Shown: positions 1-15,372 of the stretch, one piece after another | Numbering within the stretch: the first letter of the stretch is position 1 | How the letters are laid out: each line of letters starts with the position of its first letter | Position numbers and translations under genes: made by a program | The notes under the pieces: generated by a model | What the model was told of the DNA's origin: nothing | The model's input: only the letters and a program-made list of their open reading frames with translations | Database searches by the model: none | Assembly (NCBI GenBank): GCA_964016885.1 | Contig: CAXHJY010001558.1 | Coordinates: 1-61,329, forward strand | Source of the DNA: Eledone cirrhosa | Lineage: Eukaryota | Direction: 5' to 3' | DNA: 61,329 bases

Positions 1-342
1 GTTGTTAGCAAAGTGAAACTATACATACATACATATATTATATATATATATTTATAAATATATATATATACATATTTATAAATATATATATACATATTTA
101 TAAATATATATATACATATTTATAAATATATATATATATATATATATTATATATTCATATATATTTATATACATACATATATTATATACATACATATTTA
201 TATATATATATATTTATATACATACATATATTATATACATATATATTTATATACATACATATATTATATACATACATATTTATATATATATATATACATA
301 CATACATATATTATATACATACATATTTATATATATATATAT

Positions 343-373
<31 letters not shown>

Positions 374-2614
374 ATTTATATATATATATATTTATATATA
401 TATATATTTATATACATACATATATTTATATACATACATATATTTATATACATACATATATTTATATACATACATATATTTATATACATACATATATTAT
501 ATACATATATTTATATACATACATATATTATATACATATATACATATATATACATACATATATTATATACATATATATTTATATACATACATATTTATAT
601 ACATACATATATTATATACATACATATTTATATATATATATACATACATACATATATTATATACATACATATTTATATATATATATATACATACATACAT
701 ATATTATATACATACATATTTATATATATATATGTACATATACATACATACATACATACATACATACATACATAATATATATATATATATACATACATAA
801 TATATATATATATATACATACATACTATATATATATATATACATACATACATATATATATATATATACATACATACATATATATATATATATACATACAT
901 ACATATATAATATATATACATACATACATATATAATATATATATATATACATATATAATATATATATATATATATATAATATATATATATATATACATAT
1001 ATAATATATATATATATATACATATATAATATATATATATATATACATATATAATATATACATATATAATATATATATATATACATATATAATATATATA
1101 TATATACATATAATATATATATATATACATATATAATATATATATATATACATATATAATATATATATATATACATATATAATATATATATATATACATA
1201 TATAATATATATATATATACATATATAATATATATATATATACATATATAATATATATATATATACATATATAATATATATATATATACATATATAATAT
1301 ATATATATATACATATATAATATATATATATATACATATATAATATATATATATATACATATATAATATATATATATATACATATATAATATATATATAT
1401 ATACATATATAATATATATATATATATACATATATAATATATATATATATACATATATAATATATATATATATACATATATAATATATATATATATACAT
1501 ATATAATATATATATATATACATATATAATATATATATATATACATATATAATATATATATATATACATATATAATATATATATATATACATATATAATA
1601 TATATATATATACATATATAATATATATATATATACATATATAATATATATATATATACATATATAATATATATATATATACATATATAATATATATATA
1701 TATACATATATAATATATATATATATACATATATAATATATATATATATACATATATAATATATATATATATACATATATAATATATATATATATACATA
1801 TATAATATATATATATATACATATATAAATATATATATACATATATAATATATATATATATACATATATAATATATATATATATACATATATAATATATA
1901 TATATATACATATATAATATATATATATATACATATATAATATATATATATATACATATATAATATATATATATATACATATATAATATATATATATATA
2001 CATACATAATATATATATATATACATACATAATATATATATATATACATACATAATATATATATATATACATACATTATATATATATATACATACATAAT
2101 ATATATATATACATACATAATATATATATATATACATACATAATATATATATATATACATACATATATAATATATATATATACATACATATATAATATAT
2201 ATATATACATACATATATAATATATATATATACATACATATATAATATATATATATACATACATATATAATATATATATATACATACATATATAATATAT
2301 ATATATACATACATATATAATATATATATATACATACATATATAATATATATATACATACATATATAATATATATATACATACATATATAATATATATAT
2401 ATACATACATATATAATATATATACATACATATATAATATATATATATATACATACATATATAATATATATATATATACATACATATATAATATATATAT
2501 ATATACATATATAATATATATATATATACATACATATATAATATATATATATATACATACATATATAATATATATATATATACATACATATATAATATAT
2601 ATATATATACATAC

Positions 2615-2646
<32 letters not shown>

Positions 2647-3433
2647 CATACATAATATATATATATACATACATATATAATATATATATATATATATATA
2701 CATACATAATATATATATACATACATATATAATATATATATATATACATGCGGTGCCCCAGCATGGCCTCAGCCGGATGGCTGAAACAGGTAAAAGAGTA
2801 ATACATACATAATATATATATACATACATAATATATATATATATACATACATAATATATATATATATATACATACATAATATATATATATATATATATAT
2901 ACATACATAATATATATATATACATATATATATACATACATAATATATATATATATACATACATAATATATATATACATACATACATAATATATATATAC
3001 ATACATAATATATATATACATACATAATATATATATACATACATAATATATATATACATACATAATATATATATACATACATAATATATATATACATACA
3101 TACATACATAATATATATATATATATATATATATACATACATAATATATATATACATACATACATAATATATATATACATATACATTATATATAAATATA
3201 TATATTTATATAACATATATTTATAATACATATATAACATATATTTATAATACATATATATATATATACATACATAATATATATATACATACATACATAA
3301 TATATATATACATATACATTATATATAAATATATATATTTATATAACATATATATTTATAATACATATATATATATATTTATAATACATATATATATATA
3401 TTTATAATACATATATATATATATTTATAATAC

Positions 3434-3500
<67 letters not shown>

Positions 3501-3542
3501 AATATATATATATATAATATATATATATATAATATATATATA
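1..3542. repeat. (TA)-derived satellite array with higher-order units (~21, ~25, ~19 bp)
   Basis: Almost pure TA/TACA sequence. Unit TAATATATATATATATACATA recurs ~930-1990, a unit with added TACA ~2150-2620, and a shorter unit ~2800-3300. Confidence 0.97.
2748..2801 (+). mobile_element. SINE 3' tail fragment inside the TA array
   Basis: GCGGTGCCCCAGCATGGCC...CTGAAACAGGTAAAAG; related copies at ~34020-34070, ~46665-46710 (-), ~48355-48405 and ~59440-59465. Confidence 0.7.
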
Positions 3543-3645
3543 TGAATATTAAATTTACAGTTCACACCTTTGCAGTATTAGCTAAACCTCCTACGATGTA
3601 TTTTATAGATTTACCATGTTTTATCTAATAAGGGACCTCAGTCAC

Positions 3646-3679
<34 letters not shown>

Positions 3680-3680
3680 A

Positions 3681-3874
3681 GTTTATCCCGGGGGTAACCA
3701 CACTAACTAAGGTACTCAATACATAGAGTATAAATAAATAAATATATATATATATATATATAATATAGAAATGGCATCTACAGGACTAGGACTGTTTCAT
3801 TCGGGAGAAATCATCAGGAAACGGCTTCCTGGTGATTTCTCCCGAATGAAACAGTTCTAGTACTGTAGATGCCA
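3681..3874. mobile_element. PLE terminal fragment (family 1) with two inverted hammerhead copies
   Basis: Near-palindrome 3771-3874. Minus copy reads CTGATGA-TTTCTCCCGAAT-GAAA-CAG...CTG-TA; plus copy has a mutated core CTGGTGA. TA repeats flank it. Confidence 0.8.
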
Positions 3875-4479
3875 ATAAATAAATATATATATGTGCACAA
3901 TCATTATTTAGAAGAGAATTCCTTTTATCAATCAATATAATATGAACAAACAGACAAAAACAAAAAAAAAAAAAAAAAAGGTGGGATGATTTAAGAGACA
4001 CAAACTTAAAACTATATTAAGCTTTGATTAGAAAATATAATATTTTGTTTCAGAATATGTAGAGATTAAAATTAAACATAAGGAAATAAAGAAAATATAA
4101 TTACATTACGAATATATATTTTGAAAACCATCAAAGCAACTTATAACCTTTGTAAGAGTCCATAAAATGGATTATTTTACTGCAGTAATATATTTTAAAT
4201 ATTACTGTAAGTGTAGTGCCGAACGCGGACGTTAAAATACTAATATTAATGACGATATTATGAAAAAAAAAAAAAGAATTAGTTAAGTACGTGAAGCAAG
4301 CAGTCTCTAAAATGTAGAGGTTTTTTTTTTTTTTTTTTTTCTTCTTTAAAAAAAAAAAAAAAAAAAAAAGACTGTTATATATTATTATAAATGGTAATAA
4401 TATGTCTTACCCAGCAACAGGCGCTGACAGAGCTGCCAATGGCTGCAGTAACAAGGACAGACAACTACACAATATAATA

Positions 4480-4990
4480 TACCTTTTAGTACTATCTTTC
4501 TTTCTTTCGTACTATATAGATATAGCTTTCTATCTATCTTTAGTACTATGCCTAGCTTTTTTCACTTCAGTACTATAGCTAGCCTTCTATTTTTTCTGTC
4601 CATCTCTCTTCAGTACTATAGCTATTGCTTTCTACCTTTCTTTAGTACTGTAGCTAGCGTTCTATCTATCTATCTATCTCTTTAGTACTATACCTAGCTT
4701 TCTATCTTTCTCTCATTCACTTTAGTACTATACCTAGCTTTCTATCTTTCTATCATTCACTTTAGTACTATACCTAGCTTTCTATCATTCACTTTAGTAC
4801 TATACCTAGCTTTCTATCTTTCTATCATTCACTTTAGTACTATACCTAGCTTTCTATCATTCACTTTAGTACTATACCTAGCTTTCTATCTTTCTATCAT
4901 TCACTTTAGTACTATACCTAGAATTCTATCTTTCTCTCTCTATTTAGTACTTACACCATATTTCATACTTATCTATATTTATTACTATAT
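4480..4990. repeat. Degenerate 30-38 bp minisatellite (CTTTAGTACTATACCTAGCTTTCTAT...)
   Basis: TTTAGTACTATA core repeated more than 10 times. Confidence 0.9.
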
Positions 4991-5513
4991 CTATCACTTT
5001 CTTACACTCTCTTTAGTACTAAATCTACCTATCTCTCTCTCTATTACTATGCTTTATACTGCCTATCTGCTTCTCTCTATCTTACACAACGTCTCATAGT
5101 ATATCTTTCTATATCTAACATTACATCTCATACTATCTCAATCGTTCCCTCTCTCATACTTACTCTTTCTTACTTTATTGCTCCTATTATCTTTATAAAG
5201 TTCTCTCTCTCTCTCTCTCTCTGCATCTTCCTAACTCAACTTCTTACACTATCCCTTAAACACTATTTCTTTCGCTCTCTCTCTACACCCAACACTAATT
5301 TACCCTCTACCTTACCCTATTCTAATAACCATGCAACAGCTACTACTTTCTCTATTACTCATACTCTACTACACTCACTCACTCACTCACTATAATTTAA
5401 TGGCTAGCTTTCTATCTTTCTGTCTCCCACCAACTTTTTATCGACTGACGCCGCCATGAAAGATATGGAGAGCAAACTAAACGAAGACTGAATGGATTGC
5501 GTGTGTGCATGAG

Positions 5514-5563
<50 letters not shown>

Positions 5564-5568
5564 CATGC

Positions 5569-5602
<34 letters not shown>

Positions 5603-5825
5603 TCATGCACATATATATATATATATATATACACACACACTCATGCACATATATATTCATCCAGCTACATAAATACATTGAAAATTGTTGCATAGATGAT
5701 GCAAACTAATTTCATATAAAAATAATTTCTTGCATAAGTACGATGTGTGTTATACATATATTATATTTATAATATATACATCTATATATATATATATACA
5801 TCTATATATATATATATATATTATT

Positions 5826-5884
5826 ATTCTATTATATATATTTCAAGGGTACCAACATTTTGGTACGCTATCATCAGATAAAAT
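5826..5884 (-). ncRNA. Type I hammerhead ribozyme candidate
   Basis: ATTTTAT-CTGATGA-T AGCGTACCA AAATGT TGGTACCCT T-GAAA-TATATA-TA-ATAGAAT: 7-bp stem I (one GU), ~9-bp stem II, self-complementary stem III, AUA cleavage triplet. Confidence 0.65.
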
Positions 5885-6463
5885 ACGAAGTGTGTTTTAT
5901 AAATTTTCACATAACGAAGGAGAATATACATCTCTATATATTATATTTAAAATATATACATATCTCTATAATATATAAATATATTTAAAATACATACGTA
6001 CATCTATAATATATAAATGTAGAGACACGTCTTTAATATATATTTATAATATATACATATATATTATATCTATAATTTATATATTATATGAGATGGAGAA
6101 TGAATGATCTTCATGCTATCAAGATCACTAAGTGTTGTGAAGTTGTTCCCGGGAGGAGAGGAAATCAAAAAACAGGTTACATCAAATACAAACAACATTT
6201 TTTTTATTTTTTGTAGGGGGGCGGGTGGGGGGGGGGGGGGGGGGGGGCAAATGAGTATGTATTTATTATATTGATTGATGTAAAGTTTCCGAGATCAATC
6301 AACTCCATTGTTCAATAAGCTGGGAGTTTTATAGAGGTGAAATAATAGGTGTGGCATAAATATATATATATATATATATAAATATATATATATATAGTCG
6401 GCTGGAGGCGATGATGCGGACTCTGAGAAAGTAATGCCGCACTATGACAGCTGGCAGACATGT

Positions 6464-6612
6464 CTTAGAAGACCACCACATAGCCCCACCCTAAACATTT
6501 CTTAGAAGACCAATACACAGCCCCACCCTAAACATCTCGGAGAAGACAGCCACACAGCCCCTGGCCCTAAACATTTCGGAGAAAACTACCACAGAGCCCC
6601 ACCCTAAATATT
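6464..6612. repeat. ~37-bp tandem repeat x4
   Basis: AGAAGACCACCACATAGCCCCACCCTAAACATTT-like unit repeated. Confidence 0.85.
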
Positions 6613-6639
6613 TGGGGCTTCATTTTATTGTTATTTTTT

Positions 6640-6750
6640 AAATCCCGTCGAGGTTAACTTTGACTTTTATCCTTACGGGGTCGATAAAATAAAGTACCAG
6701 TAATGTACTGAATATTTGCTGGCATTGTGCCAAAAGTAGAAACAATTATT
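6640..6750 (+). mobile_element. tRNA-derived SINE family S1, 5'-truncated
   Basis: AAATCCCGTCGAGGTTAACTTTG...CATCCTTACGGGGTCGATAAAATAAAGTACCAG-type core and TGCCAAAAGTAGAAACAATTATT tail. Confidence 0.85.
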
Positions 6751-7218
6751 TTTAAAAATAAACTTAACTTAGGCGGGATGGAAGTTTACAGTGGAATATG
6801 AACATAAACAGAAACTACAAACTAAATAAATAGCGACCATTTGTTTTATATATATTTATATATATATATATATATAATATATATAGAGAGAGAGAGACTA
6901 TTTGTTAGAGAGAGAAACTATTTGTGAGAGAGAGAGAGAGACTATTTGTGAGAGAGAGAGAGACTATTTGTTAGAGAGAAAGTCATAAATAATTTAATTT
7001 TGACACTACAAGTGTCAACGTTTTCTTTAATATTCCTCACATTGTTTTATTACAATGCTTCTTCAACGAAGCCTGGGAATTTGGGGAATTTTAAGTTAAA
7101 ATCAACCGGTCCTAATTAGGAATGGCAACCGATGTAGGCTGGCTTTAGCTGAGAACCTTACTTGCTTATATTTTAAGTCACAACCGCCATCTCCCTAACA
7201 GGATTTCAGGTGTTGTGA

Positions 7219-7563
7219 GACCTTATGTCTGTTTTAAAGGGAGTCTAAATATGATTTAGACCGTATGTCTGTTTTAAGGGGAGTTTCAATGTGATTTAGA
7301 CCTTATGTCTGTTTTAAGGGGAGTCTAAATATGATTTAGACCGTATGTCTGTTTTAAGGGGAGTCTAAATGTGATTTAGACCGTATGTCTGTTTTAAGGG
7401 GAGTCTAAATGTGATTTAGACCGTATGTCTGTTTTAAGGGGAGTTTCAATGTGATTTGGACCGTATGTCTGTTTTAAGGGGAGTTTCAATGTGATTTGGA
7501 CCGTATGTCTGTTTTAAGGGGAGTTTCAATGTGATTTAGACCTTATGTCTGTTTTAAGGGGAG
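7219..7563. repeat. 40-bp minisatellite x~8.6
   Basis: GACCGTATGTCTGTTTTAAGGGGAGTCTAAATGTGATTTA, head-to-tail, no spacers. Confidence 0.95.
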
Positions 7564-8815
7564 GGTCTAGATGCAATCATCAGATACATACCTTTCACAA
7601 CATTTACAGATTCATTTTTAATATTATAGCAATTATTTCAATAATATATTTATATAATAACGATGGTAATTTATAAAGTATTGGGCTTTGCCCAGTAAAC
7701 AGACAACCTAAATAAATGTGTGTGTATGTGTATGATTGTGTGAGTATGTCAATGTGTAAGGTTGTGTATGCGTGTTTTTATCTATGTGTATGCATGTTTT
7801 TATCTGTGTGTGTGTGTGTGTGTGTGTTAGTGTGTGTATGTGTGTGTGTGTGTGTGTGTGTGATGTATGGTTCTCTGTATGTGTGTATGTGATAACATCT
7901 AAAGAGAAACTTCAAATATTTACCCTTTCCCTTATGAGAAAAAAATTTATATTTTGAATTAATAAGTTTTTAGGTATTTTTTTCCTCCCCGAAGTCAAAA
8001 TATGCCAGAAACAGTGGAATATTTCGGCAGCCAAATAAGATGTAAAATATAGTCCGAATTCCGACAGGTTTAACTGGGTTTCGTAAATCCAATCCAAGAT
8101 AAACGAGTTGTAGTATCAATGTAATTAGTAAGTCCTCCGTACATCTCTCCTGTGTTATAACGAAAATTTTTTAGAAAATAATTCCTTCGCAACAGTTAGG
8201 GGGAAATATATATATATATATTATATATATATATATATATATATTAGTTGGGGGACCTGTTGGACAGAGAAGCTCCGACTACATAGAGACTGGATGGAAA
8301 TATCTACATGTAGGTAGCTATTAAGAATGGATAAGAAGCTCGGAGCTGGCAGGCTGGCAGACTTGGTTACTAGATGTGGTGGCTTGAGTCAGCTACATCA
8401 GACTGAAAGCAAAGCAGGCTTGTAATAATGATGGCGTATTACTCACAGATAGAAGAGAGAGAAAGAGAAGGTGGTGTGGTGTGTGTGTCTGTCTATATCT
8501 ATGTGTATGTCAGCGAGAGAGAAAGAGAGAGGATCTGCAGGCACCACCTTAGTTTAAGAAGGAGTAGTAGCAGTAGTAGAAATATTTAGAAATACTAGGA
8601 CTGCTGTAGAAATATAGAAATATTGCTGCTACAAATTTAGCACTGTTGCTATAATGCTACAAATTGCACACTGCCATCAAACTTCTCCCTAAAACGGCAA
8701 ACATTACAAATAAAACTTTACATTTTCTTTTTCATTTATTCATTTATTTATTCACAAATTTAACTCTCGTCATAAAAGCCCAAATTAATTCATTTACAAT
8801 GAGATTAATTAATCG

Positions 8816-8848
<33 letters not shown>

Positions 8849-9071
8849 GCAAGCCTACCTACTAAATCGCCATTTTGCAGTATATATATATATATACACA
8901 CACACACACATACATAAAATATATTATTATATCACCAACAGTGTTAGAAGTAGCTTAAACGATTGATTGCATACATGTAGCTGCTCATCTCGTCTCATCG
9001 CACAAAGCTAAAGCAAAAATATAAATTAACTAACAACTCATGCTCACATGCGCGAATATATACACACACCC

Positions 9072-9106
<35 letters not shown>

Positions 9107-9428
9107 TATATATATATATATATATGGGTGTGTATATAATTTATGCCAAAACACATGAGGCTCGATTTTTTTTTTTTTTTTCTTTTTATAAAGATAATTT
9201 ATACCGAGTCTAGTAATCCAACACATTGTAAATAAATGAAGCTAAATAAGTGTTAGAGATATTTTGTCAGGAAAATATAAAATAAAAAGCCTTATAAGTG
9301 GAGAGGAGTTTATTTTGGTGTTAAATATATTTATTATTATCAGTTAGACATCAACTAGTAGTAGACATAACAAGTGTATATATGTTTAGGTAAGTAGTGT
9401 ATTGAATCATGTATGTATAATATATACA

Positions 9429-9504
9429 CAGGGTGTCCCCCAAAGATATATACGCTTTGATTAGAATGCTGTTGAAGTATGCATACATTTTTTGGGGGGC
9501 ACCC

Positions 9505-9506
<2 letters not shown>
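9429..9506. mobile_element. Tc1/mariner-type MITE (78 bp)
   Basis: Terminal inverted repeats (TIRs) CAGGGTGTCCCCCAAA / TTTGGGGGGCACCCTG in TA-rich flanks; related copy at 12772-12871. Confidence 0.7.
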
Positions 9507-9568
<62 letters not shown>

Positions 9569-10200
9569 TACTTATATTTATATATATAATAATAAACGAA
9601 AGATATTTACTTTAGATCATCTTTATATATATCATGCAATAACGCAAACATGGTGAAGTAACCCCGTCTTTACTTTTAATTTGATTATATACATTATGTA
9701 TTTATATTATGTATATATTATAAATGTGTGCGTATGTATGTATAAAATGAAATATTCAAGAGAAATCTAATATATGCCGTTTATAGATGGCTAACATCCA
9801 TATATAGACGATAGTAAATGCAATAAAACGAGTGTATACATAGTTTATTAAGAGAAGCAACACCTCGCACACACAAACATCGCCAGTAAATGGAGTGTAA
9901 GACTGTTACACGCCCCACAACATTTGTTCATCTACAACAATTTACAAGCAGACATTTTTGTACTCACTATAAAAGGGATTTCATATATTTGCAACAGTCG
10001 TTTTTTTTTTGTTTTTTTTTTATCTCTTTCTCACTTTTTTTAATTCCAATTCTAAGAAATGGGGGATAGTAAAGAATTATTATAAACTAGATAGAAAATA
10101 TATGTAAAAATAAAATGAATATTGAAAATGTTGATAAATAATGGATCCGAATTATGATAAAATAATTTTTAAAAATATATCTAATATATATATATATATA

Positions 10201-10246
<46 letters not shown>

Positions 10247-11017
10247 TATATATATATGATATATATATATATATATATAATATATGTGTGTGCGTGTGTG
10301 TATTGTTGTTATTATTATTTAAAATTGTATATTTACGTATATTTAGGTGAGTGCATAACTGCCATAAATATATTGAAAAGGGGAAAAAAATAAATATTTA
10401 AAAAAAAAACAAAAAAAACTAACAACTGGTGACAGATAATCCGTTCGGTTTGATTATAAATCGTATCTATTTTGTAGTTTAAGCACATAAAATTAACTGC
10501 TTACCCGTATGGATGGATCTTGAGAGATATATTATTTAAACGGGCAATCAGTTAGGTAAAATCTCTCGTGGACAACAAGTTTGGGACGATGATGATGATG
10601 ATAAAAAAACTACAACCTATTCAACCCAGCTTAATTGAGCGGCTAGCAGCGGATGCTAAAATATTGCGGGAACCTGACCTGACGAGCCGAAACACTCCCA
10701 CGAAAAAAAGAAATTCATCCGCTTCTCTTTCATTGACCTTCAATAGTCGTCGTTATATGTTTAAGTATTAAATATGACATTAGTAAAAATGACGAACTGT
10801 GTAACGAGTGGAATATTTCTCTTTTAAAAAAATATATATTTTATTATATCAAGAAAGCTTTATTTAATCTCTAATTAATCTATGATTTTTCATCGCATTC
10901 TTAGTCATGTTTCAGTTGAAGACACATCAAAACCTCTACATTTTTCTCGTGTACTCCCCTTCACTTCTGCTTTATTACTACTCCTCTCATTTCATCATAT
11001 ATATATATATCTGTGTG

Positions 11018-11056
<39 letters not shown>

Positions 11057-12179
11057 ACTACTAGTGATTTCTCGCCCTCGCTCCCTCCCTATGTCATTCT
11101 ATACCTTTTTATTTTTTTGCCGCGCCCTATCTGCTTCTAACTACTGTTCGCTTATCTCTTTTACTCTCTTTCACCCCTCTCACACGTCTATCACTCTTTC
11201 ACCTCTCTCACTCTTTTGCCTCACTCACTCTTTCACCTCTCTCACTCTTTTGCCTCACTCACTCATTTACTCTCACTTTCTCTCTCTATTTTACTACACG
11301 TTGCTACTCCGTTAGAATCTTCTGATAGTGAGTAGTCCTACTGGCGGAATGATACATGCTTGTAGCTCTCTCTAGAATTACATGATGTCATGAAATTATG
11401 GTCTGTTATTCACCAATCCTACGTGTGTTTAAAATACCTGCAGAAACCACAGTTGTGTTTCACCAACATCTGTGAACCACTTGTAAATAAACCTGTCAAC
11501 ATTACACAACATAGACATACACTTCTCACTCAGAATTTAAATTTACAGTATTTTATGAATGAAGTTAACCACATTCAGTGTCGGATTTAGGACAAAAGCG
11601 GCCCTGTGTTAATTAAGTTACGAGTCCCCGTACTTGGGCACTGGAGGAGGTCGGCACGGTAGGCCTACACAGGCATACATGCTCAGGAAAATGGGTCCCC
11701 TGGCCAACGGGGGTCCTGTGCTCAAGCACACAGTGTTGTGCTATGATAATTTTCTCTGACACTCTAACCAAAATTATCCTTTCATTCTCGAAAATGCGTT
11801 TTCTTCTCGTATTATTATGATTAAAATTATGAGCGTTCAAAATATAATTCTATCGAAAGGAAATAATTCCCCTCATTTCATACAACCCCTATTTCTAAAC
11901 TATTAGTGGACGCTAAAATAATGTAGTTATTATGTCCCTAATACCAATACATTCAACAGATCGTTTCTCTTTAAGGAGAGCAATACAAATTACTTATAAT
12001 TTTATTCCTTATTTTTCCTTTCCCCCACCCCCACAATACAACCATTCGTAATAACTGAATGGTGCTATTATAAATATATCGTTCATTATCATTACATGGC
12101 AGATGTAAACTTAAAGAAATAAAACAACATACATATAAGTAAAAAGGAAATGAGTCACTAAATATATATATATATATAA

Positions 12180-12468
12180 TTGGTGTGGGATGCTTAAAGC
12201 GTCCGTAAGCGGTAGGCCGTTTGAGCACTCGATGCTCTTACAGAGCAGAGTATGACATCACATAAGAAACGGAAAATCAGTGTTGTGACGAATAAAATAT
12301 ATTTGGAAACTGTGCTTCGTAGAATCGAGACGTATCTGAGGACCTTGCAATTTCAGAGTCAGGTTCGATCATTACATCGTTCGTGCCTCGAGCTGGTCGC
12401 CAGAGAAACGATTGTAATATGTCCAATAAATTTTATTCGTCGCAACACTGATTCTCCGTTTCTTGTAT
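12180..12468. mobile_element. PLE terminal fragment with inverted arms (12264-12307 / 12422-12464)
   Basis: About 43-bp inverted repeat enclosing a hammerhead; (TA)n on both sides. Confidence 0.65.
12329..12423 (+). ncRNA. Type I hammerhead ribozyme candidate, long degenerate stem II
   Basis: GACGTAT-CTGAGGA-[62 nt]-GAAA-CGATTG-TA-ATATGTC: 7-bp stem I (one GU), GUA triplet. Confidence 0.6.
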
Positions 12469-12697
12469 TATATATATATATATATAATGAAATGACAGGA
12501 GGCTGGATTTGTGTAAATCCTTGAAAGGTTTATTATACTATGATCATTACAATGACCGGGTTCCGTATGAATCCGGTGATATCATCAGGTATTCGAAATA
12601 TAATACGTGAATGTAATAGATAAAATCCATGGGGCTGAAAATCGAGGACCCGAGGGCGACCGCTATCTTGCATCCTCTACCTTAGCCGGTCGCCCTC

Positions 12698-12769
<72 letters not shown>

Positions 12770-12771
12770 CA

Positions 12772-12871
12772 CAGGGCGTCCCCAAAAATGTATACACGCT
12801 TCAACGGCTTTGTAATAAATATTGCATGTACAGGTAATCAAAGTGTATATACATTTTTGGGGGACAACCTG
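12772..12871. mobile_element. Tc1/mariner-type MITE (100 bp)
   Basis: TIRs CAGGGCGTCCCCAAAAATGTATA / TATACATTTTTGGGGGACAACCTG followed by TA. Confidence 0.7.
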
Positions 12872-13292
12872 TACACATATATATATATTTGACAATTTGA
12901 TAAGGTAGTAAATACGTTTAGCATTCATAGATTTTCTTGTAGTTGTTTTGTAGGTGTAATGTTCACGATTAATGGTTTCTAAATTTATCACAAGAGCATA
13001 TATGTTGATAGTGGTGGTGGTGATGGCCGTGTGGGGGAGGGGGACTTGGCGTGTGAAGAGGCATAATTAAATACAACGAAGCATTGTGTGTCGCTCTACC
13101 GATTCTGTCATTCCATTGACCTAAAGAATAATAAACGCTCCACAATGAATATCAGATGTTAGGATAAGGACAAAAGCAAAGAACTGGAACGCACATTCAA
13201 TGATTTTAAGGACTCGGATATATTTCGGGTTTTGAAACAATCCAGATTTTTGTACTGGTATCAAAAGATCCCTAATCTAAGGTCCTATCTAT

Positions 13293-13488
13293 TTGGCAGA
13301 ATCGGTATAGTGTTGGACAACATGCTAGGCGGCATAGAGTTATGGCTCTGAGTTCAAATCCCGCCGAGTTTAACTTTGCCTTTCATCCTTACGGGGTCGG
13401 TAAATAAAGTACCAGTAATGCACTGGTGTCGATTTAATCGACTTTCCCCCTTCTCCAAAATTATTGGCCTGGTGCCTAAACCATTATT
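13293..13488 (+). mobile_element. SINE S1
   Basis: A-box-like TGGCAGAATCGG, B-box GAGTTCAAATCCC and conserved core. Confidence 0.9.
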
Positions 13489-13604
13489 TTATAATGTTAT
13501 CCAGTAATCGAATGCAGTTAATATTTTCTCTTATTTTTCCGAGGGATTACGACAACATTTGGTAATCTCAAAGGAATCTTCAAACATGGCGTAATGATCT
13601 AAAA

Positions 13605-13920
13605 CAGGGGTGTGCAACATATTCCACTGGCAGGCCACTTTTGAATAATGGAACAACTATTAGGGCCATTAATATTTATTAAGCACTATTCCAAAGATTC
13701 ACCACAACTTCTTTCCATAACATGGAACTGGGAAATTATAACACATATAACCCTATCAGTGAAGTCCTTTAGTATAGGTCAACTAACAGAAGTATTACAG
13801 TTACGAAAAAAATCCTAAATAAGCCTACAAGGTGAAAATTAAAAAACGGTCATCGCGGGCCACTCTGACTGGTCTGGCGGGCCGTATTGATGCCCGGGGG
13901 TCGCCTGTTGCACGCCCCTG
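13605..13920 (+). mobile_element. hAT (Charlie-like) MITE, 316 bp
   Basis: TIRs CAGGGGTGTGCAAC / GTTGCACGCCCCTG; 8-bp flanks ATCTAAAA / CTCTAGAA match 6/8 and fit an NTCTAGAN target. Confidence 0.85.
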
Positions 13921-14559
13921 CTCTAGAAGTTTCATTAACTACTAACTCTCTACAAAGCTCATAATGAAGAACTACCCATCACATCTGGAATGGTGCTGTT
14001 GTTACAAACATGGAATCGTGCCACTGTTACCAACATGGAATGGTGCTGTTGTTACCAACATTGGAATCGTGCCACTGTTACCAACATGGAATGGTGTTAA
14101 TATTACAAACACATCCTCGCCCACACCCAAAGAAAAGCTACCTGATTATTTAGTATAAAGTCAACACATTAACCTACTTTAACCTCGACTTAATGCTGCC
14201 ATTTATATTTCCCACAAATATCAAAGTTTTTATTTCAACTGGTGTAAGACAAACAAACCACTCCAGGGTCCCTCTTTATTATACCTATTACTCCGGCCAA
14301 AGATGGCGACGGTTCAAATCAAGTATTCTTTCCATTATCCTCAAATATGGTTCTCCAGAGCTAACTAATCTTTTCTCCAATCTAATCTCGTCAAATATTA
14401 TCTCCGAGAGATTGGAAACACACCAAAATGTATTCCTGTTATCTATGTGAAGTGTGGAAGATATAATGGATATATTTATTTATAAATGATGTTACATTTC
14501 TAACTGAAAAGTATACCGTTTCCTACGACAAATGCTTGAGCAAGGTACTCAGTACTTTA

Positions 14560-14782
14560 GTCTGTATATGTCAACACACTTAGCCTGTGTATATTAACAC
14601 ACTTAGCCTGTGTATATTAACACACTTAGCCTATGTATGTTAACACAATCTGTGTCTGTAAGCACACCTAGACTGTGTATGTAAGCACACCTAGACCGTG
14701 TATGTAAACGCACTTCGTCTGTGTATGTAAGCACACCTAGACTGTGTATGTTAACACAGTCTGTGTATGTAAACACACTTAG
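14560..14782. repeat. ~20-23 bp minisatellite
   Basis: ACACTTAGCCTGTGTATATTAA / GCACACCTAGACTGTGTATGTAA units. Confidence 0.85.
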
Positions 14783-15140
14783 ATTTGTTGGGTGAAAGGT
14801 TGTTTGGGTTTAAAACCTCAGATAATGAAAAATGTATAAACCGGAACCATATCGAATTTCCGGTCTTCTCCAGACCCCTTCAAATTTTTGTACACAAACA
14901 AACTTACTGATGAACACTATTATAAACAGAGGCAGCATTGCATAATTGACGAGTGCTGTGTCAGCTTGTAGTGCCCAATTCCTTTCATATAGGGCTTAGT
15001 TCTATTCCTTTCATCTAGGATAATCTACGAACGACACCAATATATTACTGGTATTCCTAAACCAATCAAGAAGCTTTATATTGAATATTGAATAACATCC
15101 TATCTAGTTATTGCGAAACTTCTTTATGTGCATACAGATA

Positions 15141-15333
15141 AATAATTGTTTCTACTTTTGGTACAAGGCCAGCAATTATCCCAGTGTATTACTGGTACTT
15201 TATTTTATCGACCCCGTAAGGATGAAAGGCAAAGTTAACCTCGGCGGGATTTGAACTCAGAATGGAAAGGGCCGTAACTCTATGCGTCAAAGCATGGCAT
15301 CCGAAACTCTACCGATACTGCCAACCTACCGCC
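15141..15333 (-). mobile_element. SINE S1
   Basis: Reverse complement of the full S1 consensus. Confidence 0.9.
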
Positions 15334-15372
15334 ATTGTAATCCACCGCCATGTAAATTATTAATAATAAGAT

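Noticed and set aside
673-3294. 873-aa, 817-aa and other Y/I/M/V/C-rich ORFs
   Set aside because: Translations of TA/TG microsatellite; the same holds for most ORFs in the track.
8245-8800. Possible solo LTR
   Set aside because: TG...CA ends and AATAAA can be found, but there is no TSD, primer-binding site or second copy.
10675-10702. CTGACGA-GCC-GAAAC minimal hammerhead
   Set aside because: No stem I pairing; lies in the reverse strand of a decayed SINE head.
14905-14930. Isolated CTGATGA (also 33403, 7577 minus, 48983 minus)
   Set aside because: No GAAA/NUH in a compatible geometry.
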